Both the position numbers and the translations under genes were made by a program. DNA of 64,000 bases from Eledone cirrhosa (lineage: Eukaryota): assembly GCA_964016885.1 (NCBI GenBank), contig OZ024741.1, positions 316,510,001 to 316,574,000 on the forward strand. The letters are read 5' to 3'. The notes below the pieces were generated by a model, which saw nothing but the letters and a program-made list of their open reading frames with translations, did not search any database and was not told the DNA's origin. This document shows positions 41,169 to 55,626 of the stretch, in pieces. Position 1 is the stretch's first letter. Each line of letters begins with the position of its first letter.

Positions 41169-41316
41169 ATGTGTATGGATATATATGCATGTATGTAAGT
41201 ATGTATGTAAGTATGTATATATATGTATGTATGTATGTATATGTAAATGTATGCATATATGATAAATTATATATCTCTATCTAACATTGGTACAAAGCAA
41301 TAAGTCATGCACACAT

Positions 41317-41350
<34 letters not shown>

Positions 41351-41358
41351 GCGCGCGC

Positions 41359-41421
<63 letters not shown>

Positions 41422-41774
41422 GTGAAAATGGAACGGGAACAAAACAGAGAGGCAGTATATATATGTGTATGTGTGTGTGTTTGTGTGTGTGTATGTGTGT
41501 CTGTATTTCTGCCTTTGTGTGTGTTTGTGTGTGTATGTGCATGTGTGTCTATGTGTTCTGTATTTCTGTGTTTGTGTGTGTGTATTTCTGTGTTTGTGTG
41601 TGTGTTTGTGTGTGTGTTTGTGTTTGTGTGCTTGTGTGTTTGTGTGTGTGTGTACATGTGTGTCTATGTGTTCTGTATATCTGTGTGTTTGTGTGTGTGT
41701 ATGTGTGTCTGTATTTCTGTGTTTGTGTGTGTGTGTACGTGTGTTTGTGTGTTTGTGTGTGTGTATGTGTGTAT

Positions 41775-41827
<53 letters not shown>

Positions 41828-41873
41828 TGTGTGTGTGTGTGTCTGTGTCTGTGTCTGTGTGTGTGTGTGTGTA

Positions 41874-41929
<56 letters not shown>

Positions 41930-42213
41930 TGTATGTATCTCTAACAATGATAATTTACTCTTGACATGGGTACGAACACTGATGAATTAGTACGTGTGGA
42001 GTGAACGTTAGACGAAGTCGATATAATCGACTCTACAACACAGCTGTTTCCTGGCTCTTACTTTACAGATACCACATGAAATTTCCTTGCTAATGATTTC
42101 TAATTTAGGCACAATACCTACTTTTTTTTTTGTTGTGTGTGTGGGCGATTGTATCAATCTCAGTACATGACTAGTACTTTATATTGTCGGCCCCGGATCA
42201 ATAAGAGGCAATA

Positions 42214-42355
42214 AAGGCGCATGGCTTAGTGGTTAGTGCATTGCGCTTGCAATCGAAAGGTTGTGAGTTCAATTCTCGGACCGGGTGATGTGTTGTTTCC
42301 TTGAGCAAGACACTTTATTTCACATTGCTCCAGTTTACTCAGCTGTAGAAATGAG
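42214..42355 (+). mobile_element. tRNA-derived SINE family 2 head
   Basis: A box TGGCTTAGTGG, B box GTTCAATT, TCCTTGAGCAAGACACTT. Confidence 0.75.
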
Positions 42356-42979
42356 ATGATAGAACTGGGGTCCCTATCATTAAATTACCCAAGACACCTC
42401 CAACGAGATATACCTTGGAGGAGGCCAGCTAAATCTGCATAGGTGTGAGCTGTCACACACAATGATAACATCCATAAAATTTGGTTTCAGAACATAAAGA
42501 TTGATAATTACTTAGCGTAATGCCTTTTGTCTAATGCTCCAACGATTCACCTGGTTTCTAATATAAACACAAGATCAACAATATGGTTGGGAGAAAGCCG
42601 ATTACGTCAACATAGTATTTGACTGGTACTATGCAATGTTCACAGTCAGCTGCAGTATTGCTACACATTTTCAATTAAGTAAACTGAAGCAGCAGGAATT
42701 GAAGTGCCGTGCTCAAGTACAGAACGCGCAACCCGGTCATAGAATCGAACCCACGATCTTATGGTCTGCAGACCACCCCCTTAACCATTAGGCCATGCAC
42801 GTACCTTCATTTGGGCATGGTCGAATGGTTAAGAAATTCGGTTTAGAATCGTTAGATCCAGGGCTCGATCCCACTGCATGGAGAAGTGTCATTTAAAATA
42901 GCCTTGGGTGTACCCATGACTTGTCAGTGAAATTAGGTAGACGGAAATTGTGTAGAAGACCGTCGGTGGTAGTAGTAGT

Positions 42980-43042
<63 letters not shown>

Positions 43043-45800
43043 CATGTTGTTCGTTAAGTGCCATGTTTCACAGTCCAGGTTTTCTGACATCATCCACACT
43101 ATACTGTATACCACTGCATACAAGTTAGGTCGTGTTATTAACCTCCACCACTTCCACCAACACCACAACACCAACACACCACCACCAACACCAACACAAC
43201 CACCGCCAACACTACCACCAATATCATAGCCACCTCCACCAGCACAACCACCATAAAATAAACCACCACCACCACAGCCACCAACACCAACACAACCACG
43301 ACCAACGCAGCCACCACCAACAGTAGCAGAACCAACACAACTACCACCAACAACGACAACATCACCTCCACTATTATCACCACAACCAACAACACAATTA
43401 CCCCTAACACCACCACCATCACTAGCAACAACAACAATTACGACCAGCACCAACGACAACACCACCAACACAACCACCACTAAGAACATAACCACCACTA
43501 TCACCACCATCACTAACAACAACAACAATTACGACCAACACCAACAACAACACCACAAACACAACCACCACTAAGAACATAACCACGACCAGCACAAATC
43601 ACCAACACATCCACCACTAACATCACCACTAATACCATCAACACAACCACTACTAACATCACCATCACCACCAATATCAGGATTGGGACTAAAAGAGTTG
43701 GGAGCAGAGGGCGTTCGGGCACTGTACCTCACCATTTCACCAAACTACAATGAATATACGGAGTTGTATATGTCTGGTAAACGACTTGATCTGAGGCTGT
43801 GTTGAAACTAAAACAATTACATCCTGGAAGAGTCATTTTAGCCACAGTTAGACATGTCTGGTAAATGACTTGATCTGAGGTCATATGTTAAAACTAAAGT
43901 AATTATATCTTGGAAAGTGATTTTAGCCATTTAAAAAACACACGAAACTGTTAATTTTACTTTTTAGTGGCAAAACTTTCGCCACAGTGTATGCGATCTG
44001 GCTACTGACACAATTCCACTGTAACTGACTTGAAGTTTTGAACTATGTTGGTGAGCAGTTCGCAAACAGTGAGACGAAATTGTTACCAACCAGAAATAAA
44101 TGATAAATGTAAAGTAAAGTTAGCAGATTTTGTGTATTATTAAATGACTAAAATTACTATTTCAGGCAGAAATTGATAAAGAAAGCAATTTAATGTTTTG
44201 TGTGTTAGTCTGCTGCTGGACACCGAAGAAGAATAAAGACACAGATAATTAGAAACCTGATTGAAACACCTCATTATCAGGGGCGGGTTAAAAATGAAGG
44301 GTTGTAGTCAGGAGTCCACACAATGCTTGAAGGGCCCTAAAATTATTTTTTGGGGGCTATCATAAATATTACGCAAGGGTCCTGATTAAATATTTAGCCA
44401 AGAACCCCACGCAAGTTTAATCGGCCTCTGCTAGATATTAAGGACAACCTATCATGTAAAGGTTCACGGAATATCAATTGTGTGACGAAAAAGTATTACA
44501 CAAGATTGAAAGTATATTCAAGGGACATTTCCAAAGCCCCGAGGAGAAATGACAGACCACTCAAGAAATGGCAAGAAAATATCCATGAAGGCTTGGGAAC
44601 TGTCGCTTTTGACTTATGAATAACCGGTAGAAAATGTGGCCCAATTGAGGCAACACATAGATACTATTGACCAGTGCTGACTAAATCTATGTATAAGTCT
44701 ACTATTGACCAATGCTGAATAGTTCTTCAAATAAATATACTATTGACCAGAAAACTGCTGAATAGATCTTCGAATATGTCATTATGAACCAAAAACATGG
44801 CATTCGAAAATGTCCTCCAGCATTATAGACAATGCACCACAATGCTTTTGTCACCAGTACTAATAGAAATTGTTGACAAACTTCAATTTACTTTACGTTA
44901 ATTGAAATCTGTTCTATGACTTTCAAACATCCATGGGACCCTGGACTTGATGGGGGCGAATTGGCACCGTCATGACATGCGGCGGATCTTAGGCATTTGT
45001 TAAACCCGGTGAAGCTCATCCTTCTTCAGATCTGATTACAGCCGAATTTTTCCAGAGAAAGAAAGAGAAGGCAAAAGCAAAAGTGTGAAACAGAGATAAA
45101 AGAAAAATTGACTCCAATACTAGAAAATAACTTTATTTATCGATCTCGAAAGGATGAAAACCAAAGTTGGCCTCGGCGGGATTTGAACTTGGAATGTAGA
45201 GAGCCGGAATGATATCATGAAGCTTTCTATCTAACAACTCTGCCACCTTAACGCCTTGTTCTTTAAAACATATAATACCCTAACGTTAACTGTAAGTTTC
45301 CATGAAAACAGCAATATTGACGGCCGGTATCTGAGAAGAAAGTCTGGTGAAGAGGTTTAAGATCAGCTCCAGGCGGACTTGAAGTGGTTTAAGTGTCGTA
45401 TGACATCTCACTCAGACAGCACCTGATAAACCACGACAACACAAACTACTATATCAGTCAAGTGTTCGAAAGTAAGTAGAACAACCATCTTGCATGCTTT
45501 ATTGATAGGTTCGTATCTCGCTGCTTAGCAGGTGAGCCAAGCTGTCTGCGGATAACCTTTGTTAAGTCTCTTGTGGTGATATTTCTAATGATTTTTAATC
45601 ATTTTGAAAATCAAGAATTCAAACTGATTTATTATTATAACTAATTTAATCATTGTTACGTTATTGATTGGAACATAACTTAACAAAGGATCTTATGGGG
45701 AAAGATTTTTAATGTTTTTGAAATAATTTTCCGAATAATCAAGAATTTAGAGGAATTTAGTCATATAACTAAGTTTCTCATTATTAAGCTAGTGTTTGGA

Positions 45801-45989
45801 GGGCGGTGGATTGGCAGTATCGATAGAGAGTCGGACACCATGCTTTGAAGCATAGAGTTACGTCCCTTTATGATCTGAGTTCAAATCCCGCCGAGGTTAA
45901 CTTTGCCTTTCATCCTTACGGGGTCGATAAAATAATGTACCAGTAATGTACTGGGTAATTGCTGGCCTTGTGCCAAAAAGTAGAAACAA
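45801..45989 (+). mobile_element. SINE family 1, full length with 17-bp TSD
   Basis: TSD ttattaagctagtgttt at 45781-45797 and 45990-46006. Confidence 0.88.
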
Positions 45990-46989
45990 TTATTAAGCTA
46001 GTGTTTTAAATGTGCATAACACTCCCTGAAATATAAGTAATACATATGTAAAGTTTGAAAAAGATCGGTTGGGTACTTCTCGGGTTTCACACACACACAT
46101 ACACACATACACACATACACACACACATACATACATCCTTCCTCGGTTTTATATATATACATATATAGATTAAAATAACAGATTAAAGTTTAAGCAAAGA
46201 ATCGTTGCTTTCACCCTTAACGGGATCTTCTGAAACTAAAAACATCAATCTGTGAACGCAGAAGTAAATATTTTGAAAAACGTTGCAACCGGAGAAAGAC
46301 AGGAAGACGATACTTTGGTTCGTGGAAACGTTCCCTGGCAGTGAACGGATAATAGTGAACATAATACGTCATCAATGATCGTCAGAATGTTGTAATGCAG
46401 ACAGCCAGGCATACAGACAGATATTATAAGAGCGCGACGGAGATGGATAACCGGCGCCTAACACCCCTTTAACAACAGAACATTGAAAAATAAAAGCTGC
46501 AGTTAATATCTTTAGACCGCAAGGAATATATAAATGCAAGTTTGAAGTCAATGGGAGTAGAAATGTGGATATGTATAGACTTCGCAAAAATTAGGGCACA
46601 CACACACACAGACAGACAACATCAGTTTTATATATATAGATTATGATGGAATGACGTTAGATAAATATAAACTATTTAACCCTATCGTTACTATATTTTT
46701 AATAAAAGACAATGCATAGAGTTTTCAAATAATTGTTAAAATAATCAATAATTTGGGTGTATTTAGTAATATAACCAACTTTATCATTATTAAGCTGGTG
46801 CTTAAGAAGTCGAATAAGACCTCTCCGTCCATATTTAGATCGAGATACCCGTTTCTTTCAATCAGTCATTTCCATGTCAGGTAGTCAGTGCTAAAATGTG
46901 AACCAGAAGGTGATTTCCGACATGCACTTGATAGGTTTGCTGTCGAGTGCTGCAGGAGGCTGAATTAAGTGCAAGAATTGTAGGAGCTG

Positions 46990-47580
46990 GTGCATTACTG
47001 CAGCTGCTTCTGTATTCGGTCACCAAAAGAAGGGAGGTAAGTGTAAAAGTCAAACTTATGTTTGGTATTCGTGACAACCCTTACCTAAGGTCATGAATCT
47101 TGGGCAATGACCGAAAGAATACGATTGCGAATGCAAGCGGCCGAAATGGGATTCCTCCGAGGGGTCTTTGGAGTAACGTTACTCGATAGAGTACGTAGCT
47201 CGGAGATCAGAGAGTCACTCTTGGTAGAGCCTCTACTTTACCGAATTGAGAGATTACAGCTCTGATAGTATGGACATGTGGTTAGAATATCTCAGGAAAG
47301 AATTGCTGTACAAATTTTATGATCAAAAGCAACTGGCAAGAAACTCAGGATAAGACCTTGCGCAAGATGGTTGGATAACATCCATGAGCTCAGCTGGTTT
47401 CGCTTGGGGATCCAGCCGGATCGATTGGAGAGGTTTGCTTCTCACAGGAACCGCTAGAAGGCATGCTTGAGATCTGTGCCTTCAGGAACTTCCCAGGAAT
47501 AAGTGAACTTAGAAGAAGAAGAAGAAGAAGAAGAAGAAGAAGAAGAAGAAGAAGAAGAAGAAGAAGAAGAAGAAGAAGAA
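46990..47580 (+). mobile_element. RTE-clade LINE 3' end with (AGA)n tail
   Basis: GHESWAMTERIRLRMQAAEMGFLR..DRVRSSEIRESL..YGHVVR..RWLD, with stops. Confidence 0.85.
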
Positions 47581-47678
47581 ATATATATATATGTGTGTGT
47601 GTGTGTGTAGAAAATATCCGTAGGTGTGAAAAAGGAAAACAGTGAAGAGAGCTGATATATTACATTATTAAATATATA

Positions 47679-47870
47679 GGGCGGTGGATTGGCAGTATCG
47701 GTAGAGGGTCGGACGCCATGCTTTCCAGCATAGTTACGTCCCTTTACGATCTGAGTTCAAATCCCGCCGAGGTTGACTTTGCCTTTCATCCTTACGGGGT
47801 CGATAAAATAAAGTACCAGTAATACACTGGGTAATTGCTGGCCTTGTGCCAAAAAGTAGAAACAATTATT
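47679..47870 (+). mobile_element. SINE family 1
   Basis: Near-identical to 45801-45989. Confidence 0.88.
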
Positions 47871-47904
47871 TAATTATGTTGATACAGTGTATGAACATAT
47901 AATA

Positions 47905-48069
47905 AATAATTGTTTCTACTTTTGGCACGAAGCCAGTAATTATCCCAGTACATTACTGGTACTTTATTTTATCGACCCCATAAGGATGAAAGGCAAAGTT
48001 AACCTCGGCGTGATTTGAACTCAGAATGGCAAGGGCCGTAACTCTATGCGCCAAAGCATGGCGTCTGAC
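47905..48069 (-). mobile_element. SINE family 1, 5'-truncated, inverted relative to its neighbour
   Basis: Reverse complement of about 47708-47870. Confidence 0.85.
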
Positions 48070-48073
48070 ACAC

Positions 48074-48121
<48 letters not shown>

Positions 48122-48324
48122 TTAAGGATACTATTTATGGTTATGCAAATACAAAAACTTTTTGTAGTTATATATATTTTTACAAACCCTAAATAGTAAT
48201 AGGCAGTAATATATTACTACCTTATTACCAGTAAGTTAAATAGCTCAATGTAATAACATCAGATGTTTTACAAAACAGTTATATATAAGTTATAAGAATC
48301 AAAGATCTGTTCAAATTATTTATA

Positions 48325-48371
48325 TGCTTACAATTGTTTCCTCCAAACTGAGGTTTGGATTCTTCAGAGCA
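48325..48371 (-). ncRNA. Type I hammerhead ribozyme
   Basis: TGCT-CTGAAGA-A-TCCAAAC-ctca-GTTTGGA-G-GAAA-CAATTG-TA-AGCA; palindrome ACAATTGT. Confidence 0.82.
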
Positions 48372-49818
48372 ATTTATTAATGAATGAACACATATATGAC
48401 CTCCTTTTCAACCCAAGAGACATACAGATACATATGCAAACATTGTTGCTTGGTGGGTCGACATCCATTATAACATTTAGTGTGGCAGTATACATTTAGA
48501 GATTACATTCATATTAAAAGAGGATAAAATCAAAAATTCAGGTTAAAATACAACATGAAATTAATGCGATAGGATAGTCAGAAGCAGTTATTGAGTGCAA
48601 TAGTTACACGTGTGGCAAGCACGTGTGTCTTGTTTATATAATGCTATAGTGCGGCAGAGTGTTACATGTAATAGAAGCACTTAAACGGGTGATCAAGAGT
48701 GTTAAGGGGGTTGAACTGGTAGTGAACTCTTTATATAAATGTTATAGAAGCCTGTGCGTGGAGAAATAATATAAACATTAAAAATATTGGAAATGCGTAG
48801 CTAAGCGATGATATAGATTTCATGTACAGCACCATTTTCACAGTCCGGGGAGCGCATTATTTAGATTATATGCCCCTCACATAATCCACGACGATTCGAT
48901 ATTGGGCGTTTGACGATTCTGTTAGAGTATCGTAGTTTGTTGGTCTTTAGCTCAATATAGCAGGTTGTTAAGTTGCGAGAATCAACATCGAATTATTTTC
49001 CGGAAGTGTGTGTGTGACTAAGGGGAGTTAATGCGTGAGGCGAGGTAACTCAGTGGTTTTTATGACTAAATATTAAATGGTGTCTCAAAATAGTCCCTAA
49101 CTTATATGGTTATATAACAGTTTCTAAAAATTTAAAGTGTCTTAACTATAATGTAGTCTATCAAGAAGTATTAAAGGTGTTCATATTAGGGTGATTATCC
49201 TCCATTATAGAGTGCCACAATTGAATATTTCACACGATGAGCGAGATTTCCAAATCAATGATCATTGTGATTGTAGTCTACTCATAGACCTGGCAGGGTG
49301 ATTATAGAATCACTTCTATCTATAATAATCCCTGGCAAGCTCTGGGTCAGTGCATGTTATATTGGATGTCAAAAGTTAACTATCACTAGGGTAGACCAGA
49401 GGTCAATTCACACTCATCATGTCACTAATCTGACCATCAATTCGTACATATATGTACAACTCAAATGCCACTTGCAATACATTCACTGCACCCAGCATAT
49501 AGGTTATATAGCTCATCAATGTTACTAGATTAATTAGTCTTCCATTTATCCAACGATGGCGCTTCATCCGCAGAGCACCAACAATACAATCAATTCAATG
49601 CTTAAATTTTACATTAATTATATAGTGGTGTAGTGCAGTTCAAGCAACTGAATGCAGTCACACCTAAAGTAGACGTACAAAGAGGTATTCCCACTGTGAA
49701 GGGTTCTAGAGGGATGTCCCTATTAGTGTTATATTGGATCAATGAGTGTGGGGATGTGGTATAAGGTGTGCCCTTGGTGTTTGATGCTAGAGGTGGTGCC
49801 TGGTTCAAGTCTGACATT

Positions 49819-50240
49819 GCTATATACTGGGCTTAAAGTTTTGGAAGGAACGTCTGAAGCGGTGCTGGCAAGTCGCGAACACTTCAGATTTTTTGTTAAG
49901 TAGGTTATGGTTAGAGAAGATAATAGTGCGGGTCTCTAGTAGACAGAAGTTACAAAATTTATTAGGTGGTTTGTACGAAGTCGCGTTACCTGTCACTTCC
50001 CATTTGAGTGTGTAAGATTTATTTTTAGTTTTTAGATAGTGTATGGAGCTAGATAGATGTGCGAATTATACCTGGTTTTGAAGCAGTTAGAAGTGGAGCC
50101 TACATATGTTTCTGAAGAGTTGCTAGTTGTGACGGTGCATGAGTATATGATATCCTTGATTAAGCATTTTTTATCTAAAGGGCAGGTTCTATTTGCTCTA
50201 CAGTTACAATTATTCTGGGTGTTAGTCTGCTGGTTAAGAT
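49819..50240 (-). pseudogene. PLE GIY-YIG endonuclease of CxCX5C / KW / CxxC type (absent from the ORF track)
   Basis: Hand translation CNCRANRTCPLDKKCLIKDIIYSCTV..TYVGSTSNCFKTRYNSH / YTLKWEV..CNFCLLE..LLNKKSE..CQH; frameshift and deletion near 50050. Confidence 0.85.
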
Positions 50241-50444
50241 GTTGTGCAGAAGTCCGGGTGGTAGCTATAGGATTTTGGATATGGGGGTTGTCGTCCCCGG
50301 TGTTATTGCTTATACTAGTGCTATTACTATTATTACTGCCGTTATTAGGGTTACTTGCTACAGAGTTATTTTGAAGTAATTCTTACTTCCAACAAACTAA
50401 ATCGCAACAGGTGTAAACCTTCAAAAGATCTTTGATTCTTATAA

Positions 50445-50519
<75 letters not shown>

Positions 50520-50521
<2 letters not shown>

Positions 50522-50816
50522 GGAATAGAATGAAACGAAATTTCATTTCTCACTCTTAGTACGGCATTTACTTAAATGTAAGTATGCATGTATGTATACG
50601 TACATACATATATGTATACAGACGTACAGTAGTATGTATATATATATACATACATGCACACATATATATATGCACGTATCGGTTTACCGAACATTTATAA
50701 TAAATGTTCGGTAAACCGATACGTGCATATTTATATATGCATGTATGTATATATATACATACTACTGTACGTCTGTATACATACATGTATATACGTATAC
50801 ATACATGCATACTTAC

Positions 50817-50821
<5 letters not shown>
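50520..50821. mobile_element. Fold-back fragment of the 19331 retrozyme-like family inside (TA)n
   Basis: 50528-50700 matches about 19340-19503; palindrome 50573-50821 centred on acatttat-aa-taaatgt. Confidence 0.85.
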
Positions 50822-50895
<74 letters not shown>

Positions 50896-51163
50896 ATATA
50901 TATATATATATATATATACCATATATATATATATATACCATATATATATATATATTTACTGCATGTCTGTATGTGTGTGCTTAGCAGGGTGTTACTGCCA
51001 ACACTACCACAACTACCACTACCACCATTACATGCACTATTACCGCTACCACTTCTACTAACCACTGCTGTTGTCACTACTATCACCACCAACACCCCCA
51101 TCGCATGCACTACCACCACTACTACAACCATCATTACATTCACTATTACCACTATTACTGCCA

Positions 51164-51225
<62 letters not shown>

Positions 51226-51288
51226 TTATCACCACTACCACCATTACTACTACCACCATTGCATTCACTATTACCACTATTACTGCCA

Positions 51289-51344
<56 letters not shown>

Positions 51345-52420
51345 TTATCACCACTACCACCATTACTACTACCACCATTGCATTCACTATTAACACCACC
51401 ATTACTGCTACCACTGGCACCACTACCATAGTAAAATCAACCTCAAACATTACCACCGCCATTAATATCACCAGCCATCACCAACCACAACACCACCACA
51501 AACACCACTACAAACACCACTACAACCACCACTACAAACACCACTACAAACACCACTACCACCAATACCAATACCAACGCCACAACAACAGCACCAATGC
51601 CACTGTCACCACCAGTACCATCACGAACACCACAACCATAAACATCACCACCACCACCACCACCTGCAACATCACCAACAGCACCACCACCACTACTACC
51701 ACCTCCACCATCATCACCACCATCATCACCACCATCACCACCAACACCAACACCACTACTACCACCACCTCCACCACCACCGCCGCCGCCACAAACACCA
51801 CCACCATTACCACCACCACCATCACCAGCACCACAAACAACACTACCACCACAAACAACACCACCATTACCGCCACCACCACCACCACCACCACCACCAC
51901 CGCCGCCACCACCACCACTACCACCACCACCACTACCACCAACACCACCACCACTACCACCACTACTACCACCACAAACAACACCAACACCACCAACGTC
52001 AGCACAATTTTACATCAATTAATGTTTCTTCATTAATTGACCTAATTTCTCATACAACAGACATACAAACAAACACACAGACAGACATACAGACAGACAT
52101 ACATTCAGGCAGGCACACAGACAGATAAACACACAGACTGACATATAGACAGACACACTGACAGACAGAGGCAGATAGACAGATTGACAGACAAATTTCT
52201 GTTTATTTGCCACGAGGGCACAAAAGAAAGGGACATGTACATGGGGGGGGGGGGGGGGTTACATATAAATCGAGTAAGAAAAATGTAATAAATAAAATTG
52301 TAACAAGAAGGTCCTCAATAGGGAGGGGTCGTTTTGGGGTCACACACACCCCCGAAAAAAAATGTGCGACCCTTCTCCACGGGAGCACAAAGAGAGTGTG
52401 CTCCATTCTTCCTTTTCCAC

Positions 52421-55400
52421 CTACAGGGTGAGGTAGAGAGAAGGCCCATTCACACGGGCCATTCTCGCAACTTTCACCCATCTTTCATAAAACTGGCTGG
52501 GGTGGAGCACCTCTCTCTCCATCCTGATCCTTCTTCCGAAATGGTATCGGAAGAAAAGAACCAGTTGTTGGGCGGAAAGAAAGGTGTCCGACCTCAGCCC
52601 TTTTAGACGCGTCCACCATATAACCTCTTTTACCATGGCTATTACACAGAGGAAGACCGCCTCTCCTTCATTTTTGAAGGGGGGGGGGCTTGATCGTTAC
52701 AATGGACTCGGTGGTTAACCTAATTGGTCCCACCCGTGACAGCAGTTGTTCGACATAGCCCCACAGATCGGTAACGCCCGGGCAGTGCACCAATGCGTGC
52801 GCGACGGTTTCCTCGTCGCGCACGCATCTGGGACAGATCTTTATCGAGGGGTCCCTACTCGGGCGCCCGTGTCTGTAGAGCTTATCCCGAACGGGCAGAG
52901 CCCCTCGGTAGCACTGCCAGGCCAAGGACTTCTGGAAGTTGTCCATAGGTCCCGGGCCGAAAGTCCTACCGAAGAGGCTGACCAGTTCGTCCTCCTCCGT
53001 GCCTAGGGTTTCTCCGAGAGCGTCGTCGCACCTGCTAACCACCAGCCCTCTATAGAATGACGAGGTGGAGTCTCCACCGATAGCCGGGTCCGCCTGCCAG
53101 AGAGCCGTGAGCGCCTGGGTACACTCGGTGTGCCAGTGGCCCAGTTTTCTCGGTCTTTACTTCACCCAGGGCTGCAGCTCGGTGAGCGAGACGAGCCTCG
53201 GGAAGGCTCGCCTCACAAACGGGGCCCACAGCGGTTGACCGGTGAGGAATACCTGGAGGTGCCTTAGCCTCAATGCGCGTTTACGCATTTTTAGCCACAG
53301 CATCCCCAGCCCTCCTTTCAAAGGGTGTTGACAGCAGATGGATCTCCTCACCAGGGGAGACCCCCTCTTCCAAAGGAAGTGAAAGAGAGCGCGCTCCATT
53401 TTGGCGAGGATCTCCCCCGGGCAAGGCACGACAGTCAAGCGGTAATAGATGACGGACGCTATGTAAGCATTCGCCACCTCCGCCCGACCTTTCAGAGATA
53501 GTTTGCACTCGGCCCACTTCTGGGTCAGTGCAAACACCCTATTCGTCACCTCACCCCAGTTTTTCTCCACCTTGTGGTCCGGTCCGAACCAGACTCCAAG
53601 CAACTTCACCGGGCCCTCCGTCCACCGTCCGACGATGCCGTCGGACGACATCGGTTTGCCCCTCCACTCGCCGAGTTGCAAAGCGACTGACTTATCCCGG
53701 TTCAGCTTGCCCCTGTCAACCTTTCGTACTCCTCCAGTAAGGTGCCGATTGCCTCGATTTCCGAGGTGGTCGACACCATTACTGTTACGTCATCGGCGTA
53801 AGCCGACACCGCTTTGCGCAATCCCCGTTCCAAAGGGATGCCCTGCAACAACTCCAACTTCCGCAGTAGTGGCTCGAGAGCCAATACATACAGAAGGGAG
53901 GAGAGAGGACACCCCTGTCGGATGGAGCGGGTGATTTCGAACGGCTCCGAGAGGTAGCCGTTCACCTTGACCCTAGAGCAGATGCGGCTGCTGTGCATAG
54001 CAGTGATTCAGCCCCTGAAAACGGGTCCGAAACCAGCCGCTGCTAGCACCGCATCCAGGTAACCATGGTCCACCCTATCGAACGCTTTAGACTGATCTAA
54101 ATTTATCAGGGCCCCACCAAAGCCGGGTTCGTTCCCAACCCTCTCTATGATGTATCGCATGAGGTGGAGGTTGTCGTGGATGGACCTGGACGGGATAGCG
54201 CATGTCTGCGCATCTCCCACCAGCCCCCCCCCCCCCCCCGACAAGCGCCAACCTCTTCGCTAACACCTTTGCCAAAATCTTTAACTCTGCATTTAGCAGA
54301 GTTATGGGCCTAAAATTACTAATGTCATCCCCTTGTTCTCGTCCTTCCTGACTAGCGAGACTACGCCCTTGGTCACAGAACAGGGAATTCTCCCGTTCTG
54401 TTGCCAGTTGCAGTAGACCGCCTCGAGGAGATCGGGGAACAAGTCCGGCATATTAATATATAGTTCGTAGGGCAGACCATCGAGCCCTGGAGATTTGCGT
54501 TTTCCGCATAGGCTCAGCACGTCCCCTATTACAGCAGCTGAGATCGGCCCGTCGCAGGACCTCGCCTCCTTGTCCGAAAGACGCGGCAGGCCGTCGAGGT
54601 ATGGACCGAAATCCACATCTCCAACCGGCCCCCCGCCCCTCCCGAACAATCGGGCAAAGTGCCTTTGAAATGCCTCGCACATTTGCTTAGGTTCAAGGAT
54701 CACCCGTCCATCCTTGTCTCGCAAAGACCGGATAGTGGAACTAATCCCACTTTTGGCTTCTGTCACGCGGGCCCAGCTAACAGCTTTGGTCCCCTCGTTT
54801 CCCAGAGCACGTATTTTTCTTCGGACAACGCAGCCTTCGTGTTTCGCGTCGAAGAACTGGCTCAAGGACGTTCTCGACGCTTGCACTCTGGCCACGTTGC
54901 CGCTTCTCATTGCCTCTTCAGCATTAACTACCAACTCCCTTTCCTTCCTATTTCTATCTGAGGCTAACTCCTTACTAACTCCTATTGAAACTACTCTAAT
55001 CTCTCTTTTTAGAGAGCCCCACCACCTGCTGTTGACGATGGCGCCCGTCAACCGCTCCTTAACTAAGGTTCTAATCCGGTCCCTGTAAGCTCTACTTGCC
55101 GGTAAGGACAAGTTGAGCTTCCAGTAACCGGGTCCCTGCCTATGCGTTCTATTAAGGTGGACTACGCAGGTCACTAACTTGTGGTCTGAATAGCTCAACA
55201 TGAGCATTTCTGGACAACTTAAAAAGTCCCTATCCTTAATTCTAACTAAGAACCTATCTAGGTACGATCTAGATTGACCGCTATTATTTGTCCAAGTCCA
55301 GGTTGGCACAGTCGGAAAATCTAGTTGATATCTATCGGCCAGGTCAAATCGGCCGATTAACCCCTGAAGTTGTTACACCCCCCTCTATCGGGACATGCCC

Positions 55401-55603
55401 CTACATAGTCCGAACGTGCATCTAGGATACGATTCCAGTCCCCCACTAAAATCAAAGAGCGGGTGTCCCTAGAAAAGTCTCCAGACGATGGAAGAAGTCC
55501 GACCGCATTGCCCCAAAAGGGGGAGGTCATTTAGAAGTTTAACTTGCTTCCAAGGTGAGCCCAGGCCACGCGCATTTAGACAACCTACTCTTAACACAGC
55601 CAT
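52421..55603 (-). pseudogene. Tx1 ORF2: APE, reverse transcriptase and C-terminal zinc finger
   Basis: MAVLRVGCLNARGL, RSYLDR, SDHK, KSPGLDGL, LDQSKAFDRVDH, QGCPLS, AYADD, CPRC..ETVAHALVHC; several frameshifts. Confidence 0.92.
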
Positions 55604-55626
55604 GTTGGTGGTAAAGAAAGAGGCAC

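Larger units (their letters stand above)
48281..50453 (-). mobile_element. Penelope-like element remnant(s) with 3' hammerhead and an inverted copy of the 3' tip at the far end
   Basis: GIY-YIG at 49819-50240; HHR at 48325-48371; 48281-48308 inverted at 50426-50453 followed by (TA)n; may be composite. Confidence 0.7.

Noticed and set aside
42214-42290. tRNA gene
   Set aside because: A/B boxes are present but there is no convincing cloverleaf, and it continues into a SINE body; same for the family-1 heads.
50990-52000. Mucin-like Thr-rich protein (321-aa ORF)
   Set aside because: Degenerate (ACC)/(ACT) microsatellite with local duplications, open in several frames on both strands.
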